Below are positions 32,361 to 41,684 of a stretch of DNA of 64,000 nucleotides, in pieces. The stretch's first letter is position 1. The number at the start of each line of letters is the position of its first letter. Source of the stretch: an uncultured Holophagales bacterium (GTDB taxonomy: Bacteria > Acidobacteriota > Thermoanaerobaculia > Multivoradales > UBA5704); contig CAWJGT010000034.1 in assembly GCA_963842525.1 (NCBI GenBank), forward strand, positions 64,001-128,000, read 5' to 3'. Made by a program: the position numbers and the translations under genes. Under the pieces are notes generated by a model, which saw only the letters and a list, made by a program, of their open reading frames with translations, did not search any database and was not told where the DNA came from.

Positions 32361-33728
32361 ATGAGCGTAAGCTCCCTTCTCGACACCCTCGTCGTCGGCG
32401 GCGGGATCTCCGGGCTCACCACGGCCTTCTGGCTCGCCCGGGGCGGGATGCAGGTCGCCGTCCTCGAAGCGTCGGCGCGGGTGGGCGGGGCCATGGAGAC
32501 GTACGTGGACGGGCCCTGGCGGTTCGAGATGGGACCGAACACGGTCGTCGAGAGCCACGAGAGCGTGACCCGGCTGATCCGCGAGTGCGGTCTGGATGAG
32601 GAAAAAATCAGCGCATTGCCGAGCGCCAAACGGCGCTACCTCTGGAAGGGGGACCGTCTTCATACCTTGCCCGGCGGGCCTCCGGGGCTCCTCAAGACGT
32701 CCCTCTTCTCCAAGCGCGCCAAGCTCCGCTTGCTCAGGGAGCCGTTCATCTCCCGTTCGGAGAGCGACACGGAGGAGACCATCGCCCAGTTTGTCCGCCG
32801 CCGGCTGGGGTCCGAATTCCTGGACTTCGCGGTAAGCCCGTTCGTCTCTGGTGTCTACGCCGGCGATCCGGAACGGTTGTCGGTGCGCTGGGCAGTCCCG
32901 AGGATCCATGCCCTCGAACAGGACCACGGCAGCCTGATCCGCGGCGCCCTGGCCAAGCGGAAGGGGCCTGCACCGGGCGGAGCGATGATCTCCTTCCGGG
33001 ACGGCCTCGAATCCCTCCCCCACCGCTTGGCCGAGAGGATAGGAGACGTGCGGACCGGCGTGGCTTGTCGGCGCATCGTACGGACCGGTACGGGCTTTCG
33101 GGCCGAGACCGACGCCGGGCCAGTGGACGCACGAAAGATCATCCTTGCCGTCCCGGCAGATGCCGCGGCCCGGCTCCTCGACGAGGCCACGGCCGGAGCA
33201 AGCCGGGCCTTCGCTGAGATCCCCTATGCCCCTGTAGCCGTGGTCGCCCTCGGCTACCGCCGGGAGGACGTTATGCACGCACTGGATGGCTTCGGCTTCC
33301 TCGTCCCACGCCGGCAGGGTCTGCGCATCCTGGGCTGCCTCTTCCCCTCCTCGATCTTTCCGGAGCGGGCGCCGGACAGGCACGTCGCCCTGACCGTCTT
33401 CGTCGGCGGCAGGACCGATCCGGAGATCGTGGAGCGGAACAACGAAGATGTCCTCACGGTAGTCGAAGGGGACCTCCAGCGTGCCCTCGGGATCCGCGGC
33501 GAGCCCGTCTACCACATTGTCCGCCGCTGGCCGCGGGCCATCCCGCAGTACGAGATCGGCCACGGACGCTTCGTCGAGCTGGGCGAGAAGATCGAGCGCG
33601 ACCTCCCAGGCCTCCTTCTCAGCGGCAACTATCTCCGCGGCGTTTCAGTCCCGGACTGCATCAAGAACGCGACGGCGCTGGCCGAGGTTCTCCAAGAGCG
33701 TTTTGACGCGAAGAAGACTTTGGAGTAG
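32361..33728 (+). CDS. hemG: Protoporphyrinogen oxidase (HemY-type)
   Basis: VVGGGISGL, EMGPNT, SGVYAGDP, GFGFLVP, WPRAIPQYEIGH, GNYLRGVSVPDCI. Confidence 0.95.
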   Translation: MSVSSLLDTLVVGGGISGLTTAFWLARGGMQVAVLEASARVGGAMETYVDGPWRFEMGPNTVVESHESVTRLIRECGLDEEKISALPSAKRRYLWKGDRLHTLPGGPPGLLKTSLFSKRAKLRLLREPFISRSESDTEETIAQFVRRRLGSEFLDFAVSPFVSGVYAGDPERLSVRWAVPRIHALEQDHGSLIRGALAKRKGPAPGGAMISFRDGLESLPHRLAERIGDVRTGVACRRIVRTGTGFRAETDAGPVDARKIILAVPADAAARLLDEATAGASRAFAEIPYAPVAVVALGYRREDVMHALDGFGFLVPRRQGLRILGCLFPSSIFPERAPDRHVALTVFVGGRTDPEIVERNNEDVLTVVEGDLQRALGIRGEPVYHIVRRWPRAIPQYEIGHGRFVELGEKIERDLPGLLLSGNYLRGVSVPDCIKNATALAEVLQERFDAKKTLE

Positions 33729-33731
33729 AAT
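33703..33731 (+). promoter_or_regulatory. Promoter for vapBC embedded in the hemG 3' end (leaderless)
   Basis: TTGACG-17 nt-TAGAAT, ATG 6 nt downstream. Confidence 0.6.
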
Positions 33732-33737
33732 ACACGC

Positions 33738-33941
33738 ATGAGCATCCACGCCAAGAGGCACTTGGACCTCCGAACGCCAGCAGCGGCCCCCGATCGGGAA
33801 GCCGAGAATCGTCCCAGGGCCGAAAGCGGGAAGTCCGGGCGCTTCGTTGTGCGCCCGAAGGCGCTCGATGCTCACCCCGGTCTCGATTTCGATGACATTG
33901 AGGGATTATTGGACCATCTCGAAGGTCCACGCCGACAGTGA
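33738..33941 (+). CDS. Probable VapB-type antitoxin
   Basis: Overlaps (GTGA) the PIN gene; C-terminus PGLDFDDIEGLLDHLEG. Confidence 0.6.
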   Translation: MSIHAKRHLDLRTPAAAPDREAENRPRAESGKSGRFVVRPKALDAHPGLDFDDIEGLLDHLEGPRRQ

Positions 33942-34380
33942 TCCTCGTCGACGCGAATCTCCTCATCTACGCCTACGACCGCAGCAGCCCGTTCCACGCT
34001 CCCGCGCGGCTTTGGCTGGAAGGCTGCTTCTCTTCTCAATCGCCAATCCGGCTCTGCTGGATGACCGTGTCCGCTTTCCTGCGAATCACGACCAACCCGA
34101 GCTCCTTCAAAAATCCTTTCTCGATTCTGGAGGCGACGAGGATTGTGGAGGACTGGTTCGCCCAACCTGGGGTAGATCTCCTGTATCCCGGTGAGCGCCA
34201 TTGGAGCATCCTCCGGGAGCTTGTCTCCGAGGCCAATGCGACCGGGCCTTGATCAGCGATGCCCGCCTCGCGGCTCTTGCCATAGAGCACGAGGCTACGC
34301 TTCATACCACCGACAGGGACTTCTCACTTTTCAAGGGGCTCAGGCTGCGGAACCCTCTCGCTGCAAATAGCTCGGTTTAA
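33938..34380 (+). CDS. vapC: VapC PIN-domain toxin (frameshift near 34250)
   Basis: MILVDANLLIYA, FLRITTNP, then LISDARLAALAIEH..TTDRDF..RNPL in the next frame. Confidence 0.85.
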
Positions 34381-34397
34381 TATTGTAAGTCCTTCGA

Positions 34398-35216
34398 TCA
34401 TCGAGTCGGCGCCGCTGCCGTATCCTTTTTCTCCACTCCCTTCGCTTTCTCCGCTTTTTCTTTCGCCGCCTTCTCCTGCTCTTCCTTCATTTTCTTTTCC
34501 GCCGCCCTCCGCTCCTCCTCCCTCTTGTCATCGGCGTCGTGGACCTTCCCCAGGTGCTCGAAGAAGGACATCTTCTCATTCATCTGGAAAAGCGAGGCCT
34601 TTGGATCGCGCCAGAGGATCGGCCGCAGGAAGGTCGCGGCCTGGAGGGAGACGAGGGCGAAGAGCAGCAGCCAGAGGATCATGCCCCGGGCTCCGGATGC
34701 GGCAAGCGCTCGACCCAGGAACCGCCATCCGACCGCGAGGGCGATCAGCCACAGCGCGACGTGCAGCCACACGACCGAGGCGAGATAGCGGCTGCTCACC
34801 GAAAAGAGCCAGGAGATCGGCAGCAGCGCGGCAAGCAGGAGCGACAGGATGCCGGCGAAGCCGGCCATGACGGCCAGGAAGCTCCGCGGCGTCCACCGCG
34901 CTCCGGCGAGCGCGCCGAAGACGTAGAGGCTCGGCGCACAGAGCAGCAACGTGAGCGCCAGGATCAGCGGCGCTTTGAACGCCGCGATCAGGATCTGCGA
35001 TCCCCCCTGGAAGAAACCGGCCGCCACGCCGTACAGCGCATAGCCGACGAACGAGCCGGCGAGCAGACGGAGGGGCACCGACGACTGAGCGTGCCGCGAC
35101 CGCTCGATCACGGCCAGCGGCTGCACGAGCAACTCGTTGAAGGAGCCCAGAAGGGTCCGGGGCTCAGGGTGTCCACCTTCAGGCAAGAGCGGAGTTTCCA
35201 TGCGGGTCTCTCCCAT
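34398..35216 (-). CDS. Multi-pass membrane protein (Yip1-like) with charged C-terminal tail
   Basis: About five TMs; YG..G, K.PL, LC.PSLY, FLRP motifs. Confidence 0.75.
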   Translation of the reverse strand: MGETRMETPLLPEGGHPEPRTLLGSFNELLVQPLAVIERSRHAQSSVPLRLLAGSFVGYALYGVAAGFFQGGSQILIAAFKAPLILALTLLLCAPSLYVFGALAGARWTPRSFLAVMAGFAGILSLLLAALLPISWLFSVSSRYLASVVWLHVALWLIALAVGWRFLGRALAASGARGMILWLLLFALVSLQAATFLRPILWRDPKASLFQMNEKMSFFEHLGKVHDADDKREEERRAAEKKMKEEQEKAAKEKAEKAKGVEKKDTAAAPTR

Positions 35217-35219
35217 CCA

Positions 35220-35930
35220 TCAAATCGACACAAGGTGAGGAAGGATGTCCGTGAAGATGAACTCGTAGACGTTGCCGTCCAGAGCATCCCCACGGAGAAA
35301 GACGACGGGAACGTAGACGCTCCCCACGAACGGGCGCAGGGCCCAGGCCACCTCCCCGCCCACCAGGGCATAGGTCACGACCCAGAGCAGGTAGACGGTG
35401 CGGACGCTCCGCAGGGGTGCGTCAAGCCGCCGCATCGCCCGCCAGAGGACGGCCGTACCGGCCAGGCCGCACCCGCCCACGAAGGCCGTATGCATCAAAT
35501 ACAAGAGGTTGTGCGCGGTCCGCGCCTGCGTCCCCGGAGCGGGGGCGCAAAAGGTGAACAGCCACGCCACCGGGGCGAGCGAAGCCAGCAGCAGGCTGGC
35601 GACGGCCAGGGCCAGGAAGGTGAGGACTGCCATCTGGCCGAGCCCCAGGGTCAGCCCGAGCACACGGGCCGCGGTCCACGCGAAAACGACCGTGAGCGCC
35701 GAGGTCAGCAGCAGGACGAGAGGAAATTTGACCGCCACGTAGAAGGATAGCTCGGCGCCATGCCACATGCCGAGGACCGCGCCATAGAGCGCGGCGCCGG
35801 CGATCATGACGGCGCTGAGGACGAGCCAGTGCCGCACCAGGCCGCGTCCCGCCATCACGTCGTCCAAAAGGGGCTCGAGCTGCAGCTCCCAGCCGCTGCT
35901 CCGATCTACACCGGTGTCCAAGGTTGCCAT
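35220..35930 (-). CDS. Multi-pass membrane protein, paralogous to the downstream gene
   Basis: YGAVLG, VKFPL, LLLASLAPVAWLF, WALRPFVG, NVYE. Confidence 0.75.
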   Translation of the reverse strand: MATLDTGVDRSSGWELQLEPLLDDVMAGRGLVRHWLVLSAVMIAGAALYGAVLGMWHGAELSFYVAVKFPLVLLLTSALTVVFAWTAARVLGLTLGLGQMAVLTFLALAVASLLLASLAPVAWLFTFCAPAPGTQARTAHNLLYLMHTAFVGGCGLAGTAVLWRAMRRLDAPLRSVRTVYLLWVVTYALVGGEVAWALRPFVGSVYVPVVFLRGDALDGNVYEFIFTDILPHLVSI

Positions 35931-36130
35931 AGCGATGTTCGACGTCCGGGAGGGTATACGGACCGGACCGGATCGCCGTCGCGACGGGGCCTCTTGCTAC
36001 TTTGTAAAAATGGGAACGAACGGATTTCGGCGGATCGGGAGGGAATCAGGAATGACGAGGAACCGCCCCAAAATACGGGAGGGGCCCCGGGCAGACCCGA
36101 GACCCCCGTTGCGCCTGCAGACGGAACCGC

Positions 36131-36400
36131 TCAGCGGACAGCGCCGCGGCGGAACAGGTTGACGATGGCCAGCAGGACGATCGCCCCGACCAGAGAGATC
36201 AGAAGACCCGAAAGGCTGAAGTCTCCCTGGGTGATGGAGCCTGTGCCGAACAGCGGAGCCAGCAACACACCGGCGAGCAAGGCGCCGACGATGCCGACGA
36301 CGATGTTGAGAATGACGCCCTGCTGGGCATTGGTACGCATGACCATGCTGGCGATCCAGCCAATCAGGCCACCGACGATGAGCATAATGATGATGTTCAT
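36131..36400 (-). CDS. GlsB/YeaQ/YmgE family stress membrane protein
   Basis: IVGGLIGWIAS..QQGVILNIVVGIVGA..SLVGAIVLLAIVNL; RBS AAGGAGG. Confidence 0.93.
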   Translation of the reverse strand: MNIIIMLIVGGLIGWIASMVMRTNAQQGVILNIVVGIVGALLAGVLLAPLFGTGSITQGDFSLSGLLISLVGAIVLLAIVNLFRRGAVR

Positions 36401-36536
36401 GAGCCTAACCTCCTTCGTTGGTGAAGCTTGTTGATGAAAGTTTCTTATCCCTCTCCCTTCGCCTCCGATCCCCTCCTAGAGCAACAGTCATGCCATGTGG
36501 TGAGCTCCGGACTCCACTAGAATCCCTTCGGCTCTC

Positions 36537-37493
36537 ATGGACACCTCGCTCCCCACGGACCCCTCACCGCCCACGCCGGCACCACCGCGTCCGCGCTGGC
36601 ATCCGGTCGTCCGTTCGCTCCTGTTCGTGGTGGCTTTCCAGATCATCACCGCGGCCGCGGCGACCCCTGTCGTCCTGTTCCTCTGGATCACCCGCGGCGT
36701 CATCAACCTGACCGGCGAGGCGCTGCTGGTCGTCAATGCCCTCGCCGCACCGCTGTTGGTCCTGGTGACGCGCCTCTTCGTGCACTACCTCGACCGCCGG
36801 AGTCTGGCGAGCCTGGGCGCCCGCTGGCCGGCCGGAGGGAAGAGGGCGGCGCTCCGCCAGGCCCTCGTCCTGACGCCGGTGGTCCTCGGCCTGCTCGGCC
36901 TCTGGTGGCTGCTTCTGGATGCGCTCCCCGTCAGCGAGATCCAGGCCGCGGGATGGAGCGACGGCATGCGGGCCGCCGGCTGGAAGGGCCCGCTGTTCCT
37001 GGTCCTTCTGGCCGCCGGGTTCCTGGTGCAGGGAAGCGTCGAGGAGTGGGTGGTCCGGGGGTACGTCTACCACGCGCTCAAGGAGCGCTGGCGCTGGTGG
37101 GCCGCGGCCCTCACGTCCTCCCTGCTCTTCGCGGGGCTCCATGCGATCAATCCGGACTTCTCGTGGGTTGGCATGATTAACACGTTCCTCGCCGGCCTGA
37201 TCTTCGCCCTGCTGGTCGAGCGCAGCGGCAGTCTCTGGGGCGCCTGCGTGGCCCATGGCGCCTGGAACTTCGCCCTGGCCTCCCTGTTCTCGCTGCCGGT
37301 CAGCGGCATCCGCGTCTTCCACCTGCTCGACGTCCGGGTCGAGGGTCCGGAGCTGTTGACCGGAGGCGGTTTCGGGGCGGAGGGGAGTCTCCTGCTGACG
37401 GTCCTCGCCCTGCCCCTCGTCCCGCTCCTCTGGCCGCGGCGCAGGCCCGCTCCGGCGGACACCGCGAGCACAGAAGAGGGGACTGTCCTCTGA
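36537..37493 (+). CDS. CPBP (CAAX-like) intramembrane metalloprotease
   Basis: EEWVVRGY, FAGLH, HGAWN, GGGFGAEGS. Confidence 0.92.
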   Translation: MDTSLPTDPSPPTPAPPRPRWHPVVRSLLFVVAFQIITAAAATPVVLFLWITRGVINLTGEALLVVNALAAPLLVLVTRLFVHYLDRRSLASLGARWPAGGKRAALRQALVLTPVVLGLLGLWWLLLDALPVSEIQAAGWSDGMRAAGWKGPLFLVLLAAGFLVQGSVEEWVVRGYVYHALKERWRWWAAALTSSLLFAGLHAINPDFSWVGMINTFLAGLIFALLVERSGSLWGACVAHGAWNFALASLFSLPVSGIRVFHLLDVRVEGPELLTGGGFGAEGSLLLTVLALPLVPLLWPRRRPAPADTASTEEGTVL

Positions 37494-37611
37494 AATTTCC
37501 CGAAAACCGGGCCGGGTGTAAGCTGGAGAGGACGTTTTTATGGTCCTCCTCCCCGGAACGGACGTGGCGCACCCCTTGCACAACCCGGATTCAAAGCCGG
37601 AGGAGCTGCCC

Positions 37612-39453
37612 TTGAGAAAGCTTGGCCTCGCCATTCTTGCTGCCCTGCCCCTGCTGTTCCCTCGCCCTGCCCTCTCCGCCCCTCCCGAAGCCGAGCCGGC
37701 ATTCGGCGAGCAGGTCGAGGTCAACGTCGTCAACGTCGAGGTCTACGTGACCGACAAGGACGGCCACCGCGTCCCGGGCCTGCGGCGGGAGGACTTCGAG
37801 CTGCTGGAGGACGGCCGGCCGATGGACGTCGTGAACTTCACGGCCTTCGAGCGGCACGCCGCCCCTGCTCCCGCGGAGCCGGGAGCGAGCCCCGCAGCCG
37901 CCATCGCCGACCCGATGACCATCGTGGTCTACGTCGACAATGCCAACGTCAGTCCGGCCCACCGCACCCGGGCCGTGCGGCAGCTCCGGGAGTTCCTGAC
38001 CCAGAGCCTCGCTCCCGGCGACAAGGTCATGCTGGTCTCGTACGATCTCGGCCTGAAGATCCGGCTGCCCCTCACGGAAGACCGGGCGGCCCTCGCCCGG
38101 GCCCTGGAGGGGACGGAGAAGGCCGCCGCGACCGGAGGCGAGACCGAACGGGCCCGCAGCCAGGCCCTGCGCGACATCTTCCAGGCCCGCGCGACCGGCC
38201 TTGCGGATCCGGAGCCGGACCATCGGACTCCCTGTCCCCTCGACATCGTCCAACCCGCACGGAGCTATGCGGAGGCGGCCCGCGGCGAAGTGCTCCGCAC
38301 CATCGGCGCGCTGACCGTCCTGGTCAACTCCCTCTCCGGCGTGCCGGGCCGCAAAGCGGTGCTCCACGTCAGCGATGGGATCTCGATCATTCCGGGCCAG
38401 GAGGTCTTCCAGGTCCTCGCGGAGCTCTGCGGCGGCGGCTCTGCCGAGCCGGTCGACCGCACGGCACAAGGGAGGGCACCTACCGGCGCGGAGCGACGGA
38501 TGCTCAATGCCGCAGACGAGGAGGCAGGCGCCGCCCTGGAGGCGACCTGGAGCCAGGCCGCACAGGCCCGTTCCTACCGGGGCACCCAGGCACCCATCGA
38601 CGCCCAGGCCTACAGCACCGCCAAGGAGTGGAGCGCTCTGGCGGCCCACGCGAGCTCGCACCGCGTGACCTTGTACACGCTCCAGGCGAGCGGCGCCGAG
38701 ACCCTTGCTGCCGCGTCAGCCAGCGGCGGGCCGGCCGAGCAGATCCTGCAGACCTCCTCCATCGCGTCGATCGACGAGAACAACCGCAAGGGCTCCCTCT
38801 CTGCCCTGGCCGCGGACACCGGAGGCCGCGCCGTCTTCAACGCGAACGACCTCCGGCCGGCGCTCGCCAGCATCCAGGAGGACTTCGGGACCTATTACTC
38901 CCTCGGTTACAGCCCCGCGCACTCGGGCGACGGCAAGGAGCATCGCATCGAGGTCAAGGTCAAGCGTCCCGGCGTCCAGGCCCGGTACCGGCGGACCTAC
39001 CGCGACAAGCCGCTCCTGGAGCGCACCGTCGATCGCACCCTCGCGGTCCTCTTCTACGGCGTCGAGGACAACCCGCTGGAGATCGGCATGGAGATCGGCG
39101 ATCCCGCGCCGGCCGACGGGGGCAAGTTCGCCGTCCCCGTCCGTCTGCGCATCCCGCTGTTCAAGGTGGGCACCGAGATGAAGGCGGAGGACTACCAGGC
39201 CCGGGTCCGCCTGTTGGTGGCGACGCGCGGCGCGGACGGCACCAGCTCCCCCGTCCGCCAGGTCCAGGTCCCGATCCGCATCCCGCGCGAGCAGGCCATG
39301 ACAGCCCTCTCCCAGTACTACCTCTACGAGCTGACCCTCCACCTCGGCCCCGGCGAGCAGCGGGTCGCCGTGGCCGTACGGGACGACATGACGCTGCTGA
39401 CGTCTTTCCTGGGCCGGACGGTGCAGGTCGGGGGGGACGCGTCCAGCCGCTGA
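37612..39453 (+). CDS. VWA domain protein (VWFA-related acidobacterial type)
   Basis: Signal peptide, VNVEVYVTDKDG..GL.REDFELLEDG, GRKAVLHVSDG, LAADTGG, YYSLGY, HRIEVKV. Confidence 0.9.
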   Translation: MRKLGLAILAALPLLFPRPALSAPPEAEPAFGEQVEVNVVNVEVYVTDKDGHRVPGLRREDFELLEDGRPMDVVNFTAFERHAAPAPAEPGASPAAAIADPMTIVVYVDNANVSPAHRTRAVRQLREFLTQSLAPGDKVMLVSYDLGLKIRLPLTEDRAALARALEGTEKAAATGGETERARSQALRDIFQARATGLADPEPDHRTPCPLDIVQPARSYAEAARGEVLRTIGALTVLVNSLSGVPGRKAVLHVSDGISIIPGQEVFQVLAELCGGGSAEPVDRTAQGRAPTGAERRMLNAADEEAGAALEATWSQAAQARSYRGTQAPIDAQAYSTAKEWSALAAHASSHRVTLYTLQASGAETLAAASASGGPAEQILQTSSIASIDENNRKGSLSALAADTGGRAVFNANDLRPALASIQEDFGTYYSLGYSPAHSGDGKEHRIEVKVKRPGVQARYRRTYRDKPLLERTVDRTLAVLFYGVEDNPLEIGMEIGDPAPADGGKFAVPVRLRIPLFKVGTEMKAEDYQARVRLLVATRGADGTSSPVRQVQVPIRIPREQAMTALSQYYLYELTLHLGPGEQRVAVAVRDDMTLLTSFLGRTVQVGGDASSR

Positions 39454-39454
39454 G

Positions 39455-39490
39455 CCTCACCCCTGTCCCCCTCTTCAGGGAGAGGGGGAC
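39455..39490. repeat. Type B REP-like element (short)
   Basis: CCTCACCCCTGTCCCCCTCT..AGAGGGGGAC. Confidence 0.65.
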
Positions 39491-39613
39491 CGGCCTGCGT
39501 CGCGCTTGTATCCCCGGCTTTGTTTCTATAAGATTCCTACGTTTCTTGCCGTCTCCCTCTCTTGTTTTCTGCTGGATCGGTTTTTCCTGTCGTCGACGAC
39601 GACGGAGACCTGG

Positions 39614-41336
39614 ATGTCTGTGCGCGCAGCCCACGTCACGGGCCCTTCCGACCTGGTCGTCAGGACGCTGGTCCTGACCGACCTGGTGGACAGCACGAAG
39701 ATCCTGGAGCGGATCGGCGATGAGCGCTCCGTGGGCGTCTCGGTCCGCCACGACAGGGTCGCCCGCGACCTGCTGATGCGGTTCGGCGGCCGGGAGATCG
39801 ACAAGACCGACGGTTTCCTCCTCCTCTTCGACCGCCCGGCCGACGCCCTGGCCTACGCCCTGGCCTATCACGAGGCCCTCCTCGACCTGTCGAAAGAGAT
39901 CAGTGTGCAGCTCCGGGCGCGAGTGGGCATCCACTTGGGCGAGGTCTTCCTGCGGGAAAACCCGCCGGAGGACGTAGCCCGCGGCGCCAAGCCGCTGGAG
40001 GTCGAGGGCATCGCCAAGCCCACCGCCGCCCGCCTGATGTCGCTTGCCCGAGGCAAGCAGACCCTGCTGACCCGCGCCGCCTTCGACGAGTCCCGGCGCA
40101 CCTCGGCCGGGAGCGACCTCTCCCGGCGCGAGCTCGCCTGGCTGGCCTACGGCCCCTACCGGCTCGAGGGCCGCCTCCAGGTCCCCCCGCCGCCAGTGGA
40201 CATGACCGATCCAGTAATGGCTCGCGTTGCGGATCTATCTGGACATCACCCGCGACCTTGTCGCCAAAGAGCCCGCGAACACCACCTGGCGGATCGAAGA
40301 GGCCTATGCCCATGCCAACATCGGACGGGTGCAGGAGGCCCAGGGACAGGCGGAAAGGGCCCTCGGGGAGTATCGCGCAGCGCAGCGGATCACCGAAGAG
40401 CTGCTGGCGGGAGACTCGAAAAACACGGATTGGCGGCTGTTCCTGACCGACAGCCACACCAACGTCGCGAAAGTGCTGCGGGGGTTGGGCCGGCCGGAAG
40501 AGGCTCTGGCGCAGCACCGCGCCGCTCTCGAGGTCAAGCGAGCCATGGCGGCGGAGGATCCGGACAACACGTCCTGGCAGGAGCGCCTGTCCACCTCGCA
40601 CAACTACGTGGGAGGAATCCTCGAAGACATGGGCCGGCCGGAAGAGGCCGGAGAGGAGCTCCAGCGCGCCGTGGAGATCTCCCAGCGTCTGGTCGCCGGC
40701 GATCCGACAAACGCCCGCTGGCGGCGGGGGTTGGGCGCCAACCACGCACGGCTGGGCTCGATTCTGCTGTCCCGAAACCGGCCCGACCAGGCGCTCGCGC
40801 ATTTCGCGGTCCATGTCCGGATTGCCGGCGATCTGGCCGCCGCAGACCCGACGAACCTCGATTTTCTGATCGACCGAGGGGCGAGCCACCGGGTGGTCGC
40901 CAGCGCACACCTGCAGCGGAAGGCCCTGCCGGAAGCCACGGCGGAAGCACAGATCGCCGTCGACCTGCTCGAGGCTCTCGCCGCGGACAATCTGGAGGAT
41001 CGCCAGGTGCGGCAGACGCTGGTGGAAGCCCGCATCCTCCAAGGCCGAGTGCTGGACCGGCTCGGCCGGACGAGAGCGGCTCACACCTCCTGGAACCGCG
41101 CCCTCGAGCTCCTCGCAGGCCTGAAAGGCGCCGGCTCCGACCAACGGCTCCTGGCACCGCAGGCGGAAGCCTTGTTGTATCTCCATCGCGTGGAGGAAGC
41201 CCGGCCGCTGGTCGAAAAGCTGACCGCCCTCGGGTACCGCCGGTCCGATTTTCTGGAGCTCTGCCGCAGCCGGGGGATCGGGACCAGGGATGCGGCAGGG
41301 CGAGGGGAGGAAACAGCCCGACAAAAGGAGGGATGA
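39614..41336 (+). pseudogene. Class III cyclase-TPR protein (resembles 'putative peptide modification system cyclase'), with internal deletion/inversion at ~40170-40226
   Basis: LTDLVDST, IDKTDGFLLLF, RVGIHLGEV, AKPLEVEGIAKPTAARLMSLA; TPR frame 40227..41336 with DP.N..W repeats ending LGYRRSDF. Confidence 0.8.
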
Positions 41337-41339
41337 GAA

Positions 41340-41684
41340 ATGGCGAGTTTTACCCTAAAAGTGAAGCTGAATACGTCCCCGTCCCCTGGCCGCTCGGCGG
41401 TCACCGTCAACCCGACCACCTTGGCGGTGTCCTTCGGCACGGACACGATCTACTGGATCCCCGCCAAAGACCAGAGCGGCTGGAAGTTCAAGAGCATTGT
41501 GTTCACCCCGTCCGAGCCGTTCGTCAACATCAAGGTGAAAGACCGTACGATCAGGGTCACCGACGAGGACGCGAATACGACCGGTGTGGTCCAGACATTC
41601 TTCTACACCTTGTATGTAAAATCGGGCACAACGGTCTTCAATTCCGATCCCTATATCCTCAACGAGCCGGAACGGCCTACGTGA
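41340..41684 (+). CDS. DP-EP family-like small beta-sandwich protein
   Basis: 114 aa, beta-rich, no signal peptide, C-terminal FFYTLYV..SDPYILNEP; GGAGG upstream; stop overlaps the next ATG. Confidence 0.7.
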   Translation: MASFTLKVKLNTSPSPGRSAVTVNPTTLAVSFGTDTIYWIPAKDQSGWKFKSIVFTPSEPFVNIKVKDRTIRVTDEDANTTGVVQTFFYTLYVKSGTTVFNSDPYILNEPERPT

